A DNA stretch of 64,000 bases from Marsupella aquatica (taxonomy: Eukaryota; Plantae; Marchantiophyta), in assembly GCA_973895155.1 (NCBI GenBank), contig OZ316892.1:2917223-2981222 (forward strand). The letters run 5' to 3'. The translations under genes and the position numbers were made by a program. This document shows positions 60,475-64,000 of the stretch, piece after piece; position 1 is the first letter of the stretch, and the number at the start of each line of letters is the position of its first letter. Under the pieces are notes generated by a model that saw only the letters and a list, made by a program, of their open reading frames with translations, was not told the DNA's origin and searched no databases.

Positions 60475-63400
60475 CTAGGCGACAAATATGCTGACTCTCC
60501 ATGGGAATGCTAGTGGGTCTCCATCCAGGGTTTTGCTGCGTGTGTGTGCACAGAATGCCAAAGAAACCAAGACTATGTGGGTGGCACCCAATGTTCTCCC
60601 AGGCAGACTCATTTGGTGACCTGTGGCAAGAATCCTGAAGACAGACAAATGGAACTTAAAAGTGAGGAGAGACCCCACAAGCTCATGCTAGGGTGAGTAA
60701 GGGTCAGGCAGGGTTAGTTCAGGAAGGCGAAGAGTAAAAGGATATGGGCTAGAGAGAGGCCATGATGATCTTGATAACACCCATAACAGCACTCCCACTG
60801 GTCTACAATCAGGCCTGGCCGGGAGCATGTATTCCGGGACCAGCCGTGCCCAGGTCTACTACACACTCCAACATCACAGCCTGACATTTTTTCCTCCTGA
60901 GGCCAGCAGTCCTGTACTCCACAACCTAGTGGGACACAGCCGCCGAGACCGGTCAAAGAGTGTGATTGGACCCTCTTACTTTTGATTGACCATCTGCTCT
61001 GGTTAGTGCACAACAACTCACTTGTAACTCACATGTTTTGCTAGTGTGAAAGGTGGGACAGGTGGAGAAACATGTCAGATCATTCGCATAGACAGATGCA
61101 CAGGCACCTCACGCGCTTGCTACTCAGGGGCCACACTCCAAGGGAGGTCCTATATCACGTGCAAAGTTTTCAAGTAATAAACACCCTAAAACTTAGAAAA
61201 ATTAAGTAGATTCACTATTTTTAACCCCTAAATTTATGGAATATTTTAGGAATGGACAATTTATGGAACATTTGGTATGAAAAAACCTTGTAGTTCTTAT
61301 AATTCTCAAAATTGGATTAAAACACCCCTGTATTTCTTCAACAAAAATTTGAAGTCTTCCAATTGAATTAAAAACCCCTAACTTCTTTGCACACGATGGG
61401 TCAGAAGAAAAGAAGTGAGGACCCAGGGCTTGATATCTCCCCATGACGGGACTGTTTGGTGTACACCAGTGGCCCGAGTGCTCTGAGTTGCAGGCAAGAG
61501 GCTACGTAAAAGAAACTTAAGGATGGTTGGGGGAAGTAGGACCACAAACTCATAAGATATCCAAATCTTCCCTCCCCAATTCCATCCATTACGATCAGAA
61601 ATTGCATAAGAGCTCCAAATGTGCCTCCCTAAATCTAACCGTTATGATTGTAAATAGCATATCAAGAGCTCTGTCAAGAAAAGGTCAGCAGCAATAGGAT
61701 GTTTGTCATTGGCCCACCATTAGATTGCCCAGGGTGTTGAATGGCATCCAATATATTGCATCATAGTTGCAACAAATTGTCTTCAGTGAAGTCAACCATA
61801 TAAGTGTCTGGTGTGGCACTTTTTGTTCTTTGGTTGTTTGATATATAGTATGGAGCATGGATAGAATATCCACAAAGATATACAAAGACAACTCCAATAA
61901 AGCACAATAGGAGTCATGCAAAGTGGCTCAATAAAGGAGTCTCATGAGAACCAAGCACAACACAACACAACACCCACAAAGGAACAAATGGCATGGGGAC
62001 AATTTGAGGAGAAACTTGATCCAACACCAGACAAAAACCTTGAAAGACAGAATGCCAATGGGACAAAATAATTCAACTCCCACAAATATATGAGTATTGC
62101 TTGTATGTATCCAAAAGAGAACAAGAAAACCTCAGGTATCTCTAAGCTATGCAAGGGATAATGGTAATTCCTTATACCTTCAATTTCAGTGAAAGTAAGA
62201 AAGTACAGCCCAGATGGATTGACATATTTTCCATGATGCTCCCATGGGCTGACAAAAGGGCCATGAAGTGTACCAAAATGTCTGAAATTGCTTTCAAACT
62301 GTATTGTGGTATAGCCGGAAGAATCAAAAGTGACACTTTTCACTTAAAGACCAAGGTTTCGATCCCTTTAAGAACAAAATAGGAATGGATTGAATGATTG
62401 TAACTGTTTTGAAGACTTAAGAGTATCACTCAACAAAATCTTCAGACAAAAGAGAAACAAATGGATAAACTAACAAAATGAACAGAAAAGATTAATTCCC
62501 AAGTCATGGATTATGGAAAAGCTTTTTGAACCAAGGTCCAATGGATTGAATCTCCACTTCCACTCCTTCAAAAGGATTATGGTCTTACTGTGTTAACAAG
62601 ATTGCAACAAATCTCGCCTCAATTGCTCTTCTCCATCACCATGAAAATATAAACAGAAATGATAAATGTTCACCAACACCAAAGTAGCTTTCTGGTGACC
62701 GATACAATGATACTCACTAAAATGCCGTCAACATGGATAGAACTTCGGCGATACGCAACTCCGATCTATCACTAGTGGGTATGCCAAAGTATGGGTAACG
62801 ATACTAACTATTCTGAAATCAGAATCTTGCTCCTTTCTATCCACATTTATCATTGAATTCTTAGCGATTCTTGACCCACAAGCAATCCTAATTTGAATTC
62901 ATATGATCTTGGAAATTTGTAATGAAAACTCAGGCACCAACAGGAATAAATTCATTACATCACAAAGGAAGTGTTTTACTTCATTCATAAATCATTCTCG
63001 AAAGCAATGATTACAAAGGAAGGAGGGAAACTTGTAAAAGTTTGCAATACTGAATACAAGCTTCACTGAAAAACAAAAAGGAAAACAATAATCTTATAGG
63101 TCTAAGTGGAGCATAAAAAGGGGAAATGAAAAGTCATGCCTTTTCAAAACTAGAAAAAAAGGTAATAAAAATTGAGTACTAAAGTAAGGTAGAAAAAGAT
63201 CACTAAATAACTAGGGTAAATGGGTAACAAAAATCTGTCTTCGAACTTCCGCCGAGTATCGTCCTTCATAAGTTTGGTCTCCATGGGACACCTCTCAGAA
63301 GCGTCCTTCACAAGTATTGTCAGCAAGGTAAAGTTGAGTATTTGGGTACCAAAATGCAATTAATTCGTGAACTTTGCATCTTATTTCCATCTTCCATTGA

Positions 63401-64000
63401 TTTTGCAAAAAATTCAGGTGTCACATGTACTGTCTCATGTTGTACTAAAAAAAATGGCTTGTACAGGCCAGACAATTGGTTGTTCAGAGTTTTCAGTTGA
63501 CCCACTCATCATCACTTTGTTGTCAAGCCTCTTTGTAAAATCCTACAGCTGCAAGTAGTTAGGGCATTTTCCAAAGGTCTGAATTGACATCTTACACAAC
63601 GGGGTCATCGAGTCATCAATTGCTATGGACGGAACGGTCGCTTTTGAATTTCTTGAGTAACTGACAGTTGACCGTGCCTTGCAATCTGAGTACATGCGCA
63701 CAAGTTTGGAGTGAGGTAACATGTGGGGAAGGCAACCGCGGGCCTGAGCAAAGCATTCACGCAGCTAGTAATAATAAACAGCACAACAATCAGGCCATTA
63801 CAATTCGTAATATGAAAATCACCACAATTAAACTAGTATTCAGAAGTACGTTATTTATACCCACTTGTTCAAAGAAAAGTAAGCCCAGATGGACCAAAGG
63901 GTTTCTTCTGCCCATTCCATTGCAACACACACTGCCTCACATTACACTCAAAATTCACACTGATGGGCTGCGTTTGAAAGGATGCTTCATTTTTGAGAAG

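Noticed and set aside
61940-62700. Possible degenerate transposase remnant on the + strand
   Set aside because: No diagnostic motif was recognised with confidence.

Overview
Eukaryotic nuclear DNA from a land plant (GT-AG introns, plant-type genes and plant TE superfamilies); a non-seed plant is a guess. The left ~37 kb is a decayed transposon nest with gene-like cargo. (i) A CACTA/En-Spm element runs from before base 1 to a TIR ending at 6652. It carries a Tnp2 transposase pseudogene, a tandem Pol-lambda-like BRCT ORF and an open EDM2-type triple-PHD ORF. (ii) That element interrupts a spliced gene whose product begins MARTK, like histone H3. (iii) Further right are a kinase fragment, a coiled-coil/RING-H2 pseudogene, a BED-finger hAT transposase pseudogene split by a 1.6-kb non-autonomous CACTA (TIRs plus AAA TSD), and an RPA70-C-like OB-fold pseudogene. 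(iv) At 27660-28860 is an intronless RGG + DUF3990-like ADP-ribosyltransferase-fold gene with a single frameshift. The right half holds two intact host genes, a 10-exon sorting nexin 1 and an intronless USP-domain RLCK-VI-type kinase, with MITE arrays and diverged tandem repeats. All family assignments come from motif recognition by eye; no database searches were run.
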